Part shown: positions 10,294-20,395 of the stretch, piece by piece
Numbering within the stretch: the stretch's first letter is position 1
Layout of the letters: each line of letters starts with the position of its first letter
DNA from: an uncultured virus (IMG/VR IMGVR_UViG_3300030508_000022)
Lineage: Duplodnaviria; Heunggongvirae; Uroviricota; Caudoviricetes
IMG/VR virus record: IMGVR_UViG_3300030508_000022
Coordinates: 1 to 64,000 of that record
Reading direction: 5' to 3' (one strand)
Length of the DNA stretch: 64,000 nt
The notes under the pieces: model-generated
Databases searched by the model: none
The model's input: the letters and a program-made list of their open reading frames with translations, nothing else
What the model was told of the DNA's origin: nothing
Position numbers and translations under genes: made by a program

Positions 10294-11235
10294 ATGTCAG
10301 AAAGTATTGTATTTCCAGAATGGCTAAACTCAAACTCACAAAGAAACTATCCGATTCAAGAGAATGCTAGTAGGACGGATGTTTCTGGTGCGTTTGTAAT
10401 ACCAAATAGTTTAGTAGTTGCTTTCCAGATCAACTACCCCAGGAGCTATGTGGGTGGTACGTTCTATATATCCACACTAACTGTCTCTGAGGACAATGTG
10501 TCTATCGAGATTTCGTTCCAACCTAGCGACACAACTGTATCTCCAATTCAAATTTCAACAGTAACTATTGAGGGGAGTTCTTTTACTCAGGACTCTTACT
10601 ATTCGTTTGTTGGATCTGGATCGAATGTGTCTGTACTGGGGTCTATTGGCGTTGGAGATATTTCTGAGACAATCAGTGAAGGTATTGGAGTTTTTAAATT
10701 CCTGCCAGCAAGTACACTATTTGAGGCAAACACCCAGTTTGTTTCAGTGCCGGCTCTTCAGTCGGTTGAGATCTACAACCCTAGCAACTCCCTGCTATAC
10801 ACAGCTACAGATGTTCTTAAACTAAAGGCTGGGCAGAACATTAGGCTTACCTACGAACAGTTAGATTCAGATCCGTATGGTGTAATTCGTATTGATGCTG
10901 TCAATGGAGAGAACCTGGTAGAAACTTCTACCTGTAACAACGCTTTAGCATTTGTCCCATCTCCTATTACACAGATAAATGGTGTATCTCCAGACGCCAA
11001 TGGCAGGATCTTTCTAGAGGGATCTGACTGTATCCAGATAACTACAGACCCGGCAACAAACAGTATCCAAATCATAGACACATGTTCTACATCATGTTGT
11101 GGATGCACCCAGCTCGAGATACTAACTACTGCCCTAGAGCAGCTCAGGGCTCAAGAGACCACTCTTGCAGCATTAATTTCCAGTACCCAAGGTCAGCAGA
11201 GTGAAATGCTGGCAAACCTAATCTCCAATCTGTGA
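10294..11235 (+). CDS. Cys-rich virion protein, paralogue 1
   Basis: N-term 'EWLNSNSQRNYP'; 'INGVSPDANG' and CCGC near C-terminus. Confidence 0.6.
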   Translation: MSESIVFPEWLNSNSQRNYPIQENASRTDVSGAFVIPNSLVVAFQINYPRSYVGGTFYISTLTVSEDNVSIEISFQPSDTTVSPIQISTVTIEGSSFTQDSYYSFVGSGSNVSVLGSIGVGDISETISEGIGVFKFLPASTLFEANTQFVSVPALQSVEIYNPSNSLLYTATDVLKLKAGQNIRLTYEQLDSDPYGVIRIDAVNGENLVETSTCNNALAFVPSPITQINGVSPDANGRIFLEGSDCIQITTDPATNSIQIIDTCSTSCCGCTQLEILTTALEQLRAQETTLAALISSTQGQQSEMLANLISNL

Positions 11236-12758
11236 TAGATACCCAAGGATGGCAACAAGAGAATTCAATAAGGGTTTTTCCATTTTCTGAAACTGTTTTA
11301 GAAAATCAGTCAAACCCAGCGATCCCTTTTGACTTTATTGTAGATCTTAAGTTTACACCAGGCAGGTGGCACAATCACGATGTCTACCTGTCACTAATTC
11401 GATACTTTCAAACTGCTGACCAGTATGAACTTACACTGAGTTATATCTCAGATTCTACAGTAGCAATCGTTGTCACTGTAGATAGGCTATTAAATTCTGT
11501 AAGTAGGGTGGGTCATCCGATCTCCGTAAAGTCCTCTACTCAATACTCCTGCCTAACCTTTACTCCAGGAGCGAAGTGGGATCCAGATTCAAGTTTGGCT
11601 CTATGGATAATGAGCGCTGGATCGCTCGTGTCTGGAGCTTACACATTAAGTTTTTTGTCAAGCCAGTCTGCCATTGACGATAGTGTGGTTAATCCTGGAC
11701 CTCACACAATAAGGAGAATTTTTATTGAGCCTGTTGCTACCAACTCGCCGACCTCTCAGGTTCCCCCAATCCCTCCTGAGTCTACGTGGGGTAGGGAGGT
11801 GACCCAGAAAATAATCGGAGGAGATAACATAAGTATTACCCAAGACCTTGCCGACCCATCTATGATTATCCTGGATTCTATTCCAGGAGCAGGAGATGGT
11901 GGAACCCCTGGTGTCTCTGGAGAGCTGTTGTGGATAAATGATGTCTCTGGTTCTGGTCCTACTTCCAATGTAACGCTCTCTACTTCTGATTGCTTGCACC
12001 ACATCGAGCAACCTCCCGTTGATGGGGGTGGTGTTGTAGCAAACACTATTCAGATCTTAAGCAGCTGCCTACCATGCTGCTCTTGTGAAGAATATAGAGC
12101 CGTCAGTGCTGCTATTTCTAGGCGGTCTCAAAAGCTAAAAGATCTGTGCACAATTCTATCTAACATGATCCAAGCTAATACAGCCCTATACAACGAGGCT
12201 GTAGATACAATCAATAATGCTAGAGCTCCCATAGTCCAAGTCAGAAACTTGAGGGTATATCCAAACTACTTCAAGGTGAGCCTCCAGAATGTTTGTGTAC
12301 TGCCTGCATACATCCACTTTTCTATCAATATTACTGGGAATGATCCCACTGTACTACCATCACAATTCTCTATTGTTGATGGCGATAGTATTTTGTATGT
12401 TGGAGTGCCACCCACACTTCCTCCACTTGTGGGTACTAGCAAGGACTATGCAGGATCATTCTCCAATCAAGTCCCCACAGTGGCTGGTGTTACTGATTAC
12501 TGCACTCAATCACCAGTTGCTCCAGGTAGTTTTGTAGATTTGATATTTGTAGACAACACTGAATTATCCCGAGACATTAGAACGATTGGTATTACTGTCG
12601 ACGCTTATTCAAATGGTATATATGGGGCAAACAAGAATTATGGGTGCAAATTAGATCACTACACTGCTAAGGTGGTTGATGGTCAACCAATCACTCTAAA
12701 TTCGTGCGGGAAACCAAACACAATCCCACAATGGGATATTAAACAGCTAGTGCCATGA
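11232..12758 (+). CDS. Cys-rich virion protein, paralogue 2
   Basis: N-term 'GWQQENSIRVFP'; internal 'CLPCCSC' followed by helical segment. Confidence 0.6.
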   Translation: MIDTQGWQQENSIRVFPFSETVLENQSNPAIPFDFIVDLKFTPGRWHNHDVYLSLIRYFQTADQYELTLSYISDSTVAIVVTVDRLLNSVSRVGHPISVKSSTQYSCLTFTPGAKWDPDSSLALWIMSAGSLVSGAYTLSFLSSQSAIDDSVVNPGPHTIRRIFIEPVATNSPTSQVPPIPPESTWGREVTQKIIGGDNISITQDLADPSMIILDSIPGAGDGGTPGVSGELLWINDVSGSGPTSNVTLSTSDCLHHIEQPPVDGGGVVANTIQILSSCLPCCSCEEYRAVSAAISRRSQKLKDLCTILSNMIQANTALYNEAVDTINNARAPIVQVRNLRVYPNYFKVSLQNVCVLPAYIHFSINITGNDPTVLPSQFSIVDGDSILYVGVPPTLPPLVGTSKDYAGSFSNQVPTVAGVTDYCTQSPVAPGSFVDLIFVDNTELSRDIRTIGITVDAYSNGIYGANKNYGCKLDHYTAKVVDGQPITLNSCGKPNTIPQWDIKQLVP

Positions 12759-13588
12759 TCGGAACAAAAGAAGATTGGTTCAACTTAAATTCGCTGAGGT
12801 CTTTCCCGCTGGAATACGGAGACACTCCAGTGTCTGACACTGGGTTTGTGCTTGTTCCATCAATCATTGTGGATTGCATGGTGGTTGCACAATCCAACGA
12901 CTTCCAACCAGTGCTTTCTTCGATTCATTTTTCTAAAACTCTAATTACTGCTTCGTTTTACGACAGCTTTTCTGGGCAAGATTCTTTTATAGCTCAGGTA
13001 CCTATATCCAGTGACTATTCAGTGGCAAATATTATAAGCGTTGGCAACTTTGATGTTTCTGGGTGGGTTGCCTTTGGGGAGGTTTCTACACTATCTCATT
13101 GGTCTGGATCTGGATTGCACAAGCTGAGTAAAACATCCAACTATCTCTCCTCACACTGCTTTATGGCAGCGGGTCCAGAGGTTGTTTCCTCTGTGTCAGG
13201 TGGTGGGGGAAAGTTTACTGGAAATGTATTGATATCAGCATCAGGGGAGCTACTTACTAGCGTAAGCTCGGAGGTAGTCAATGGGGTTATTGAATACAGT
13301 ATTGTATTTTATCTATCTTCCACTGGAGACATTTCTACTCTCTGCACCCCTGCCTCAAATCTGTGCGACTGCTTGTTGCCTCCAATTGCAAAAATAAATA
13401 CCGTTTCTCCAGACTCCTCTGGTAATATAAATATAGTTGTAGACCCATCATTTGGGTTGCAGATAACCAATGTGTCCGATGGCATATTATTGTCTTTGCC
13501 ACAAACAGCACAGACAGCGTGTAATAAGACTCAAACATTGCCATTCCCAGATGGAAGACTCCCAAGTGAGTCATACCTTACATCATAA
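12755..13588 (+). CDS. Virion protein, paralogue 3
   Basis: N-term 'DWFNLNSLRSFP'; 'INTVSPDSSGNI'. Confidence 0.6.
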   Translation: MIGTKEDWFNLNSLRSFPLEYGDTPVSDTGFVLVPSIIVDCMVVAQSNDFQPVLSSIHFSKTLITASFYDSFSGQDSFIAQVPISSDYSVANIISVGNFDVSGWVAFGEVSTLSHWSGSGLHKLSKTSNYLSSHCFMAAGPEVVSSVSGGGGKFTGNVLISASGELLTSVSSEVVNGVIEYSIVFYLSSTGDISTLCTPASNLCDCLLPPIAKINTVSPDSSGNINIVVDPSFGLQITNVSDGILLSLPQTAQTACNKTQTLPFPDGRLPSESYLTS

Positions 13589-14298
13589 TGGAAACAGATA
13601 TTTATACAGAGTGGAGAAATCAACATGAGAGTCAGGAGTTCCCATTTATTGGTTCTTCTGGGTATTTCCCCAACAATCTTTTTGTTGATATATCTATTGC
13701 GTCTTATGGTTCCCAATCCATCTGGCTATCATCTTTGTCTCAGAGTGGCAGTGTAATTAATGGGATTTTAAAGTCAGACAGTGGCGAGGTATTTTCATTT
13801 AGCCAGACATCGTTTAATTCATGTAACGCAGCTGCTCCAATTACATCTTCAAGGGGCAAGCAGGTTGGTACAATTGTCTTTGGAGAATCTGCTCCATCTA
13901 TGGTTCCTTTTATTACTAGCTCCTCCTCTTCGATCAAAGATGGCACAATTCTAGTAGATCCACTATGTATTTTTGTCTTTAGCCCCAAACAGGTATCTTC
14001 TATACAAATCGGTAGAGATGTCTACAGTGGAGTTATCAAGCTTGTTGAGGGAGAGGGGGTCACTATTACTGGTACTGGCAGTAATGTTGTAGTAAATAGT
14101 ATTGGGGGGGACAATAGCTCAGACTGTTGCTTAAAAACGTTCCAACCGCTAAAGTCTATTAACTCCATTACAACAAAGAATGGAAATCTTTTCATCAGGG
14201 CACAGGATGTTGGACAACCAGCTTCTTCTACTGATGTGCAGCAAATTATAAGAATAAATCCGATTCCAAATGGAATCCAAATATCTCTATCAAATTGA
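13588..14298 (+). CDS. Virion protein, paralogue 4
   Basis: N-term 'EWRNQHESQEFP'; 'INSITTKNGNL'. Confidence 0.6.
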   Translation: METDIYTEWRNQHESQEFPFIGSSGYFPNNLFVDISIASYGSQSIWLSSLSQSGSVINGILKSDSGEVFSFSQTSFNSCNAAAPITSSRGKQVGTIVFGESAPSMVPFITSSSSSIKDGTILVDPLCIFVFSPKQVSSIQIGRDVYSGVIKLVEGEGVTITGTGSNVVVNSIGGDNSSDCCLKTFQPLKSINSITTKNGNLFIRAQDVGQPASSTDVQQIIRINPIPNGIQISLSN

Positions 14299-15119
14299 CA
14301 GGACTATTCCCTACATTCTTAGATGAAAATGCCAACAGGGCATTTCCTTTTGTAGAGAACACTATCTCAAGTAGTGTTCCAGATTCCTGTTTTCTAGATT
14401 TTAGGGGGTGGAGTAGACTCGGAATAAATACGCTACCAAATTTCTACATGATCTATGACCAGACATCTGGGCACCCAGTTCCCACTGGATACGAATCATT
14501 TGTACAGACTGGTATGGTTCATTTGTTTTTTGAGCTCATCTCTGGCAATACTCTTATATCAAGGACTGTTTGCTTTTATGTCCCAGCCGCAAATAGTACC
14601 TGGCCATATCTATCCAAGAGTACGCTACTTGCCAGTTCTGGAGCTAAGTCACTTGAGGTAAAAATAGTTGTTGATTCTCCAATTTTGTCAGTGCTCATCC
14701 CTGAAAATAATGGATCCGCTACGGTAGGACCTATGTTTGTGGAGCCGGCCCAATTGATGAATGTGGGTGGTATTGTTATTGATAGCCTTAGTGTCATTCA
14801 CTCCCAGGTCGGAAACCCAGAAAGATTTATAACCGGAGATGTAGTGTTCCTTCCTGGCATAAACAATGAAGTTACTCAGTCCGGTAGCGGAGTTGTTCTT
14901 ACTACTCAACAGGGGTATGGTCTTGGACAACAAGTCTACTATGGTACAGACAATGGGGTATGTGACGGAAATGTTTCCCTTATTAATGGAGCCTCACCAG
15001 ACAACAACGATGTATTTAGTATTGTAGCTGGACCTGGAGTTATTATAAAAGATAGCCCATCTACAAATAGCATAATGATTTCACTAGACCCCGCCAACAA
15101 TTCTGCGCAATGCCCTTAA
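14295..15119 (+). CDS. Virion protein, paralogue 5
   Basis: N-term '[11 protein letters not shown]'; '[10 protein letters not shown]'. Confidence 0.6.
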   Translation: MTGLFPTFLDENANRAFPFVENTISSSVPDSCFLDFRGWSRLGINTLPNFYMIYDQTSGHPVPTGYESFVQTGMVHLFFELISGNTLISRTVCFYVPAANSTWPYLSKSTLLASSGAKSLEVKIVVDSPILSVLIPENNGSATVGPMFVEPAQLMNVGGIVIDSLSVIHSQVGNPERFITGDVVFLPGINNEVTQSGSGVVLTTQQGYGLGQQVYYGTDNGVCDGNVSLINGASPDNNDVFSIVAGPGVIIKDSPSTNSIMISLDPANNSAQCP

Positions 15120-15123
15120 TAAT

Positions 15124-15555
15124 ATGGAACAGGATTGCGATTTTATTCCACCAACGGTTCTTGGGTGCACTGGTCCATCTACTAGCGTAGAACCACTGTG
15201 CCCAAAGATTAATACAGCTCCACCACCACTTTCTGTATCACTGGAAGGAGTACAAGGATGCACTGGCCCTACTGGGCCTGCAGGTACTATTGCTGTAAGT
15301 ACTGGGCCGGCAGGACCTCCTGGACCAGCGGGTGGTATCGGTCCACAGGGTCCGGCGGGGCCAGTTGGACCTCAAGGTGGCGATGGAGTTGTTGTTGGAG
15401 CTACTGGGGCGATGGGGTCGGTTGGACCAGTTGGAGCTACTGGGGCGAGGGGGGCAACAGGATTTGGTCCTGGCGTGGGGCCACAAGGTTCTGATGGAGG
15501 TGGAGGGATTTCCACTGGCTGTTCTCCGTGTTCTATTTGCCTATTCATGCAATGA
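15124..15555 (+). CDS. Collagen-like (Gly-X-Y) protein 1
   Basis: GPx triplet runs flanked by Cys-rich termini. Confidence 0.85.
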   Translation: MEQDCDFIPPTVLGCTGPSTSVEPLCPKINTAPPPLSVSLEGVQGCTGPTGPAGTIAVSTGPAGPPGPAGGIGPQGPAGPVGPQGGDGVVVGATGAMGSVGPVGATGARGATGFGPGVGPQGSDGGGGISTGCSPCSICLFMQ

Positions 15556-15965
15556 CCCAAGACTGTTTATTTAATGACCCCATAATTTTAGATTGCCCAA
15601 CAATTTCTGTTGGTGTGGATCCACTGTGTCCAAAGATACAACCAATTCCACCAACTTCTGTATCTAATCAAGGTATAGATGGACCAGTAGGTTGTACAGG
15701 TCCAGCAGGGTTAATCTCTCCCCTATCTGTAGGATTACCAGGCCCCCTTGGTCCAGCTGGTCCAGTTGGCCCTGTCGGCCCAGCCGGTCCTGCAGGCCCC
15801 GCTGGCCCTGTTGGTCCTACTGGTCCCGTGGGTCCCGTAGGCCCTGTTGGTCCCACTGGAGTTGTGGGAGGAGTTGGGCCAACGCCATCAGCTGGTGCAG
15901 CTGGATCTCCTGGTGGAACTGGTGGATCTATGTGCAGTAGTTGTGTAAAATGTACCTGGGCTTAA
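15552..15965 (+). CDS. Collagen-like protein 2
   Basis: Start set at MTQDC (ATGA overlap, matches paralogue N-termini); GPx repeats. Confidence 0.85.
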   Translation: MTQDCLFNDPIILDCPTISVGVDPLCPKIQPIPPTSVSNQGIDGPVGCTGPAGLISPLSVGLPGPLGPAGPVGPVGPAGPAGPAGPVGPTGPVGPVGPVGPTGVVGGVGPTPSAGAAGSPGGTGGSMCSSCVKCTWA

Positions 15966-15966
15966 T

Positions 15967-16398
15967 ATGGAATCTGACTGCTTATTTAATGCACCGGTAA
16001 TTCAGGGGTGCGAAGTCCCATCTGGACCCATAGATTCACTATGCCCTAAAATACCTAAAACTGTAGTTTCTGTAGCACTAGATGGTGCGCCAGGCCCTAT
16101 TGGCTGTACAGGCCCTACGGGGCCGTATAGTGAGGCAGTTGCTGGTCCTGTTGGTCCTGTTGGTCCTGTTGGTCCTGCTGGACCTGCTGGACCTGCTGGA
16201 CCACAGGGTGGTGCCGGTCCTCCTGGGAATCCTACTCCCGCTGGTAGTATTGGACCTACTGGACCACAAGGGGCTACTGGTCCTATAGGTCCCACTGGGA
16301 TACCAGACTTTAGTACTCCCGTAGCTACTGGCCCCGTTGGTCAGGTTGGATGTGCTGGCGGGACAGATGGTGTTTGCTATCAGGCTATTTTTCAGTAA
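15967..16398 (+). CDS. Collagen-like protein 3
   Basis: GPx repeats, same N-terminal Cys motif. Confidence 0.85.
   Translation: MESDCLFNAPVIQGCEVPSGPIDSLCPKIPKTVVSVALDGAPGPIGCTGPTGPYSEAVAGPVGPVGPVGPAGPAGPAGPQGGAGPPGNPTPAGSIGPTGPQGATGPIGPTGIPDFSTPVATGPVGQVGCAGGTDGVCYQAIFQ
16141..16203 (+). repeat. 9-bp tandem repeats (ggtcctgtt / ggacctgct) encoding GPV/GPA
   Basis: Directly visible tandem units. Confidence 0.85.
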
Positions 16399-16408
16399 AA
16401 TAAGCTTA

Positions 16409-17134
16409 ATGAATACGGTTTTGCTACTAAAGAGAGAGACAAGCTCTAGTTATAAGAGCTCTAGTACCCCAATCTCTGGATTCGTTGGTTATGGTATGAA
16501 AGTATATGTAGATACTGCATACAATATAGTTCCAGAAATATTCGTAATGCAAAGGGATGTAAACAGCTCATACACTGATGGAGTATGCGACACGCTGTAT
16601 TCAGTTGCTTCTGTAGACGAGCTAGAGTCTATCCCCCCAAATGCTCCAGACCCTGATGGATCAAACTTCTTCCGTGTATCCTCACTAGAGATGGTTTTTA
16701 AGTCTCCACAAGATTTAGACAATGCATGGAGTGTGATATCTCAGGACGTTCTGTCACTAGCTACAGCAAACGACCTTTTGATCAACACATCCCCAGATGT
16801 TGTTGCTATGTATCCAGCTGATGCCTTCCCAAGATACTACGGGAATACCACCGCTACTCCATCTGGATCTGACCTTACAGCACTACAATCAGACACATCA
16901 TTCTCTACATCACTCACTGTATCGGAAACCTCTAGTGGGTCTAACTACTACTCATTCTGTTATCCAGCCACAATAGGTACGTCATCCTTGTCTGTGAATG
17001 GCACTTCTACAGCCACTAATTTTTCCACTGTAACTCTTACCAACAAGTACGGGGCCCCAGTACTGTACAATGTATACACAACAACTGCCGCACTAGCATC
17101 TGGAAGTAATTCTATTGTATTCGTTGGTGCCTAA
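16409..17134 (+). CDS. Hypothetical structural protein
   Basis: ATG 16409 after previous stop; S/T-rich beta-type C-terminal domain. Confidence 0.6.
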   Translation: MNTVLLLKRETSSSYKSSSTPISGFVGYGMKVYVDTAYNIVPEIFVMQRDVNSSYTDGVCDTLYSVASVDELESIPPNAPDPDGSNFFRVSSLEMVFKSPQDLDNAWSVISQDVLSLATANDLLINTSPDVVAMYPADAFPRYYGNTTATPSGSDLTALQSDTSFSTSLTVSETSSGSNYYSFCYPATIGTSSLSVNGTSTATNFSTVTLTNKYGAPVLYNVYTTTAALASGSNSIVFVGA

Positions 17135-17138
17135 CATC

Positions 17139-17444
17139 ATGATAATCACTAAGAAGAAGGCTCTAAATATTGTATCTACTGCTGCCGTAATAAAAGACAT
17201 TCCAGCCTTACACCCTATATTTGAAGCAGCTAAAGCTAAGATAACCGAGGCTGGTAGAAAAGAGCGGTGTACCACTTGCCAAGCAAACAATATTCTTTCT
17301 GATATATCTGACAAAGCCCTATCTGCTATAATAAATCTCTCTGAAGATGATCTGCAGAAACTAAAGAAAACCCTTTCCATAAACGAACCAATTTATGCAT
17401 ACACATCTACCCAAACCGGAGTTAATCTAAAAAAACTAGGATGA
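17139..17444 (+). CDS. Hypothetical protein with CxxC
   Basis: ATG 17139; 'RCTTCQ'. Confidence 0.55.
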   Translation: MIITKKKALNIVSTAAVIKDIPALHPIFEAAKAKITEAGRKERCTTCQANNILSDISDKALSAIINLSEDDLQKLKKTLSINEPIYAYTSTQTGVNLKKLG

Positions 17445-18997
17445 AAAAAATACTAACTACACTACTGTTCTTGGCCTTGTGCGCTACTGGATTCTCTCAG
17501 TCTAGTGCCCTTAATGTATCATCTACCTTAGCTGGAAATGCTGGGTACCAACCACTAATTGCAAGAGGTGTTACCAATGGATATGCACCGCTAAATAGCA
17601 ACGCACTGGTTCCGGGCACAAACCTATTCCCTGGTTTTGTGAGTGCAACTAATGGATCTTTTTGGGTAAAATCTGGATCTGGCCTAGCTGTTGTCCAGGG
17701 ACTTACATTTACATCTAATACAATCTCTATGTCTCACGTAAATGTTGGATTAATTGAGAATGATGCACTAACCCTATATGGTATCAGTTTAGATTCTGGA
17801 TTTAATCAGCCGATAGTTATTAGAGGTGGTCAGAGCACTATTTATTTTGCGACAGCACAAACAGTCGGTGCGGCAAACACTGGATATACTGGGTTCAGTT
17901 GGTCAATTAGTGGACCTGGAAACTTTTATTTGGGGTCTGGAACTATAACCGGAAACCTATCTCTCCCTTCTGCTAGTGCTTCAAACGGGCTTTCTATAAA
18001 CTTCAGTAATAGTGTGTTCTCATCTACAAATGACTTTGTTTTTACAAATGCAAATGTGATTGTGTCAAACCTAGGGACTAATGGGTTTTTTAACACAAAC
18101 TCAGCTGTAGTTTCCACCTATAGGAGTTATGCACTAAACTCAACGAGTGCCGACAATCTGTATGCGAGGGTGTATACAAACAATACGTGGCCACTTCTTC
18201 AGACATTCTCTGGAGGCATTGCATTGCCCTCGGCTCTGACTTTATCTAACGGTGGTACCGGTGGAACCAACCAAGTAACGGCTCAGTCATCCCTAGGACT
18301 ATCTATTGGAACAAATGTAGAAGCATATAGCTCGTCTTTAAATCAGATCGGCACTCTTGGTGTACCTACATCAAACTCTGTGCTTGTAGGCGGATCTACG
18401 AACTGGGTGCTACAAACCGCATCTCAATTTGTTGGCTCTCTTGGGTTGTCTATTGGTACAAACGTTCAGGCATTCAGCTCCAACCTAACAAGTGTTTCTG
18501 CTGTGGTCCCAACAAACAACTATGTACTCATTGGAGGTGTTTCTACAAATTGGACTAATGCATCACCAGCGTCTTTGGTTACGACCCTGGGGTTGAGTAT
18601 CGGAACAAATGTTCAAGCCTTTAATGCAAATCTTCAATCGATCTCTTCGATAGGGACCCCATCAGCAAATCAGTTCCTGGCTAGTATATCAAGCAGCTGG
18701 ACGGCTGTCTCTGGAAGTACTGCTAGGGCTGCAATGGGAGTTTCGATTGGTACTAATGTACAAGCCTATAGTTCTAATTTGCAAGCTATAGCTAGTGGAA
18801 CGCCAGTGCCACTTTCCCTTGGTGGAACTGGAGGAACAAATGCATCTAACTCTTTGGTGAACCTTGGTATTGGTAATGGGATAACAACCAATATTACTTT
18901 GATCTCTATTAGTACAACCAACACCGCAGCGTTTGTCACCAATACCATCGGGATCTCTAACGGCATAATCACCAACTGGACTCAAGTAGGACTGTAA
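17441..18997 (+). CDS. Fibre-like protein with N-terminal signal peptide and four SIGTNV(Q/E)A repeats
   Basis: MKKILTTLLFLALCATGFS signal-like start; repeats LGLSIGTNVQAF; GGTGGTN motifs. Confidence 0.65.
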   Translation: MKKILTTLLFLALCATGFSQSSALNVSSTLAGNAGYQPLIARGVTNGYAPLNSNALVPGTNLFPGFVSATNGSFWVKSGSGLAVVQGLTFTSNTISMSHVNVGLIENDALTLYGISLDSGFNQPIVIRGGQSTIYFATAQTVGAANTGYTGFSWSISGPGNFYLGSGTITGNLSLPSASASNGLSINFSNSVFSSTNDFVFTNANVIVSNLGTNGFFNTNSAVVSTYRSYALNSTSADNLYARVYTNNTWPLLQTFSGGIALPSALTLSNGGTGGTNQVTAQSSLGLSIGTNVEAYSSSLNQIGTLGVPTSNSVLVGGSTNWVLQTASQFVGSLGLSIGTNVQAFSSNLTSVSAVVPTNNYVLIGGVSTNWTNASPASLVTTLGLSIGTNVQAFNANLQSISSIGTPSANQFLASISSSWTAVSGSTARAAMGVSIGTNVQAYSSNLQAIASGTPVPLSLGGTGGTNASNSLVNLGIGNGITTNITLISISTTNTAAFVTNTIGISNGIITNWTQVGL

Positions 18998-18998
18998 T

Positions 18999-19772
18999 AT
19001 GGAAATCTTTGAAGGCAACCTAGCTAATCCAAGCTCAATCATAATCCCAGGAGTACAAGCTCCAATAGGGGGCTCAGATCCCTTGTCCTACGGAATTGGT
19101 GAGTCGTTCCAGGTTTATGTACAATTCAAGCCTGGTACAAAACGACTATTGTTCACCATTAGTACAAGGTCATTCGGATCTAATTCGGTTGTGTTCCAGC
19201 AGATTGTATTTCCACAGAATGGTCAGGGTGGGATAGCAGAGTTCTCTGTTGGCGCTGATACGACATCAAGACTTTCTCCTGGTGTGTATTACTGGGACGT
19301 ATTCCAACTTAGAGATGATGGAAGTAAGGATGTGTGGTCTGCCTACAACACCGGTACGGTGAATATTGTCGAGTACCCATCCTCCTCTACTATCCAACTT
19401 CAGACTACTCCTACGACAAACACCATTGATGCATACCCATCTCAGACTAACACCCTGAATATGTACATCATCAATGGGTCTACATTCAGCAAGATAATCA
19501 CCTGGAATTCTGCAGGCGAGCCAGTCAATCTTACTGGGTATACTGCAGAGATGCTGATCAAGAATAGCTTAAGTAGCGACTCAGCGATCTTCACCCTTTC
19601 TACCAGCAATGAAAGAATTGCTCTTGGTGGCGAGGCCGGCACGATTGCTCTAAATATTTCTTCTGAAGATACATCCACTATTACAGTGGGAACATATGTA
19701 TATACCTTAACGCTGACAAGTGGTAGCACGGTTAAGAGACTTCTAGAGGGTACGATGTCTGTTACAAATTAG
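18999..19772 (+). CDS. BppU-N-like Ig-fold baseplate/fibre adaptor (two domains)
   Basis: 'GSTFSKIITW..GEPVNLTGYTAEM...YVYTLTL...RLLEG' pattern. Confidence 0.6.
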   Translation: MEIFEGNLANPSSIIIPGVQAPIGGSDPLSYGIGESFQVYVQFKPGTKRLLFTISTRSFGSNSVVFQQIVFPQNGQGGIAEFSVGADTTSRLSPGVYYWDVFQLRDDGSKDVWSAYNTGTVNIVEYPSSSTIQLQTTPTTNTIDAYPSQTNTLNMYIINGSTFSKIITWNSAGEPVNLTGYTAEMLIKNSLSSDSAIFTLSTSNERIALGGEAGTIALNISSEDTSTITVGTYVYTLTLTSGSTVKRLLEGTMSVTN

Positions 19773-19775
19773 TAG

Positions 19776-19819
19776 AGGGGGGGGTATAAAAGTACTCCTG
19801 TTTTGCCATAATATATTGG
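19776..19819 (+). promoter_or_regulatory. Conserved 44-bp intergenic motif copy 1 (candidate phage promoter)
   Basis: A-G8-TATAAAAG-N4-CCTGTT-N-T-N-CCATAATA-Y-ATTGG, repeated with identical spacing at 53895. Confidence 0.6.
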
Positions 19820-20390
19820 AGTTAGTAATTACATATTACCTCCAGAGATATCCCAATTTCAACTTTTAGGGTTCTAGCAGGAATGCAAGTTCTGCTACCT
19901 AAAAGTTGACACCCTAGCCAGCCCCATCTCACAGGGGTGAGGCCGACACCTAAGACCCAGAGCGAAGACTGGCGAGAGTAATGTCGTTTAGAGCTTGCAA
20001 ATCTATATAGGGTGGGGAACAATTTGTGGGGGCAACGAAGAAGGAGAAAACGACTCTATGTTTTTAGCATAAAACCTACTTCAATGCCCCCACTCCAAAT
20101 TTAGAGAATCTCAAGCACAAAGAGTGCGTATATCCCGGTGTGCTTATACGTAAGTTCGTGCGTGAGGTTGGCAGGCGCTAAAGTGGGACGTAACCGACTT
20201 TACCGCGCTATGTGAAGGATACCAAATTCTAGAATGAGGGTATATATCATAGAGGGAGCTTCTCCTGTTGTATCATTATGTTTATGAACTCAGTGAATAG
20301 GTTGGTTAGGAATGCTTCCATAAGGAAGTATCGCAAAAGCCAATACTATTCGGTTTACAATCCCAGGTAATTCTGGGATAGTAGTAGAAG
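19817..20390 (+). ncRNA. Cluster of structured non-coding elements upstream of tmRNA
   Basis: No credible ORF; stems 19859-70/19898-909, 19910-16/20008-14, 20026-34/20085-93 followed by TCCA. Confidence 0.5.
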
Positions 20391-20395
20391 ATTTA

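Noticed and set aside
15124..16398. CRISPR array or VNTR
   Set aside because: Repeats are 9-nt codon-level collagen triplets without spacers; no CRISPR array seen anywhere in the window
20295..20352. c-di-GMP-I riboswitch
   Set aside because: Has a ...CGCAAAAGCC-like segment but lacks GGCAAA and GNRA/receptor elements
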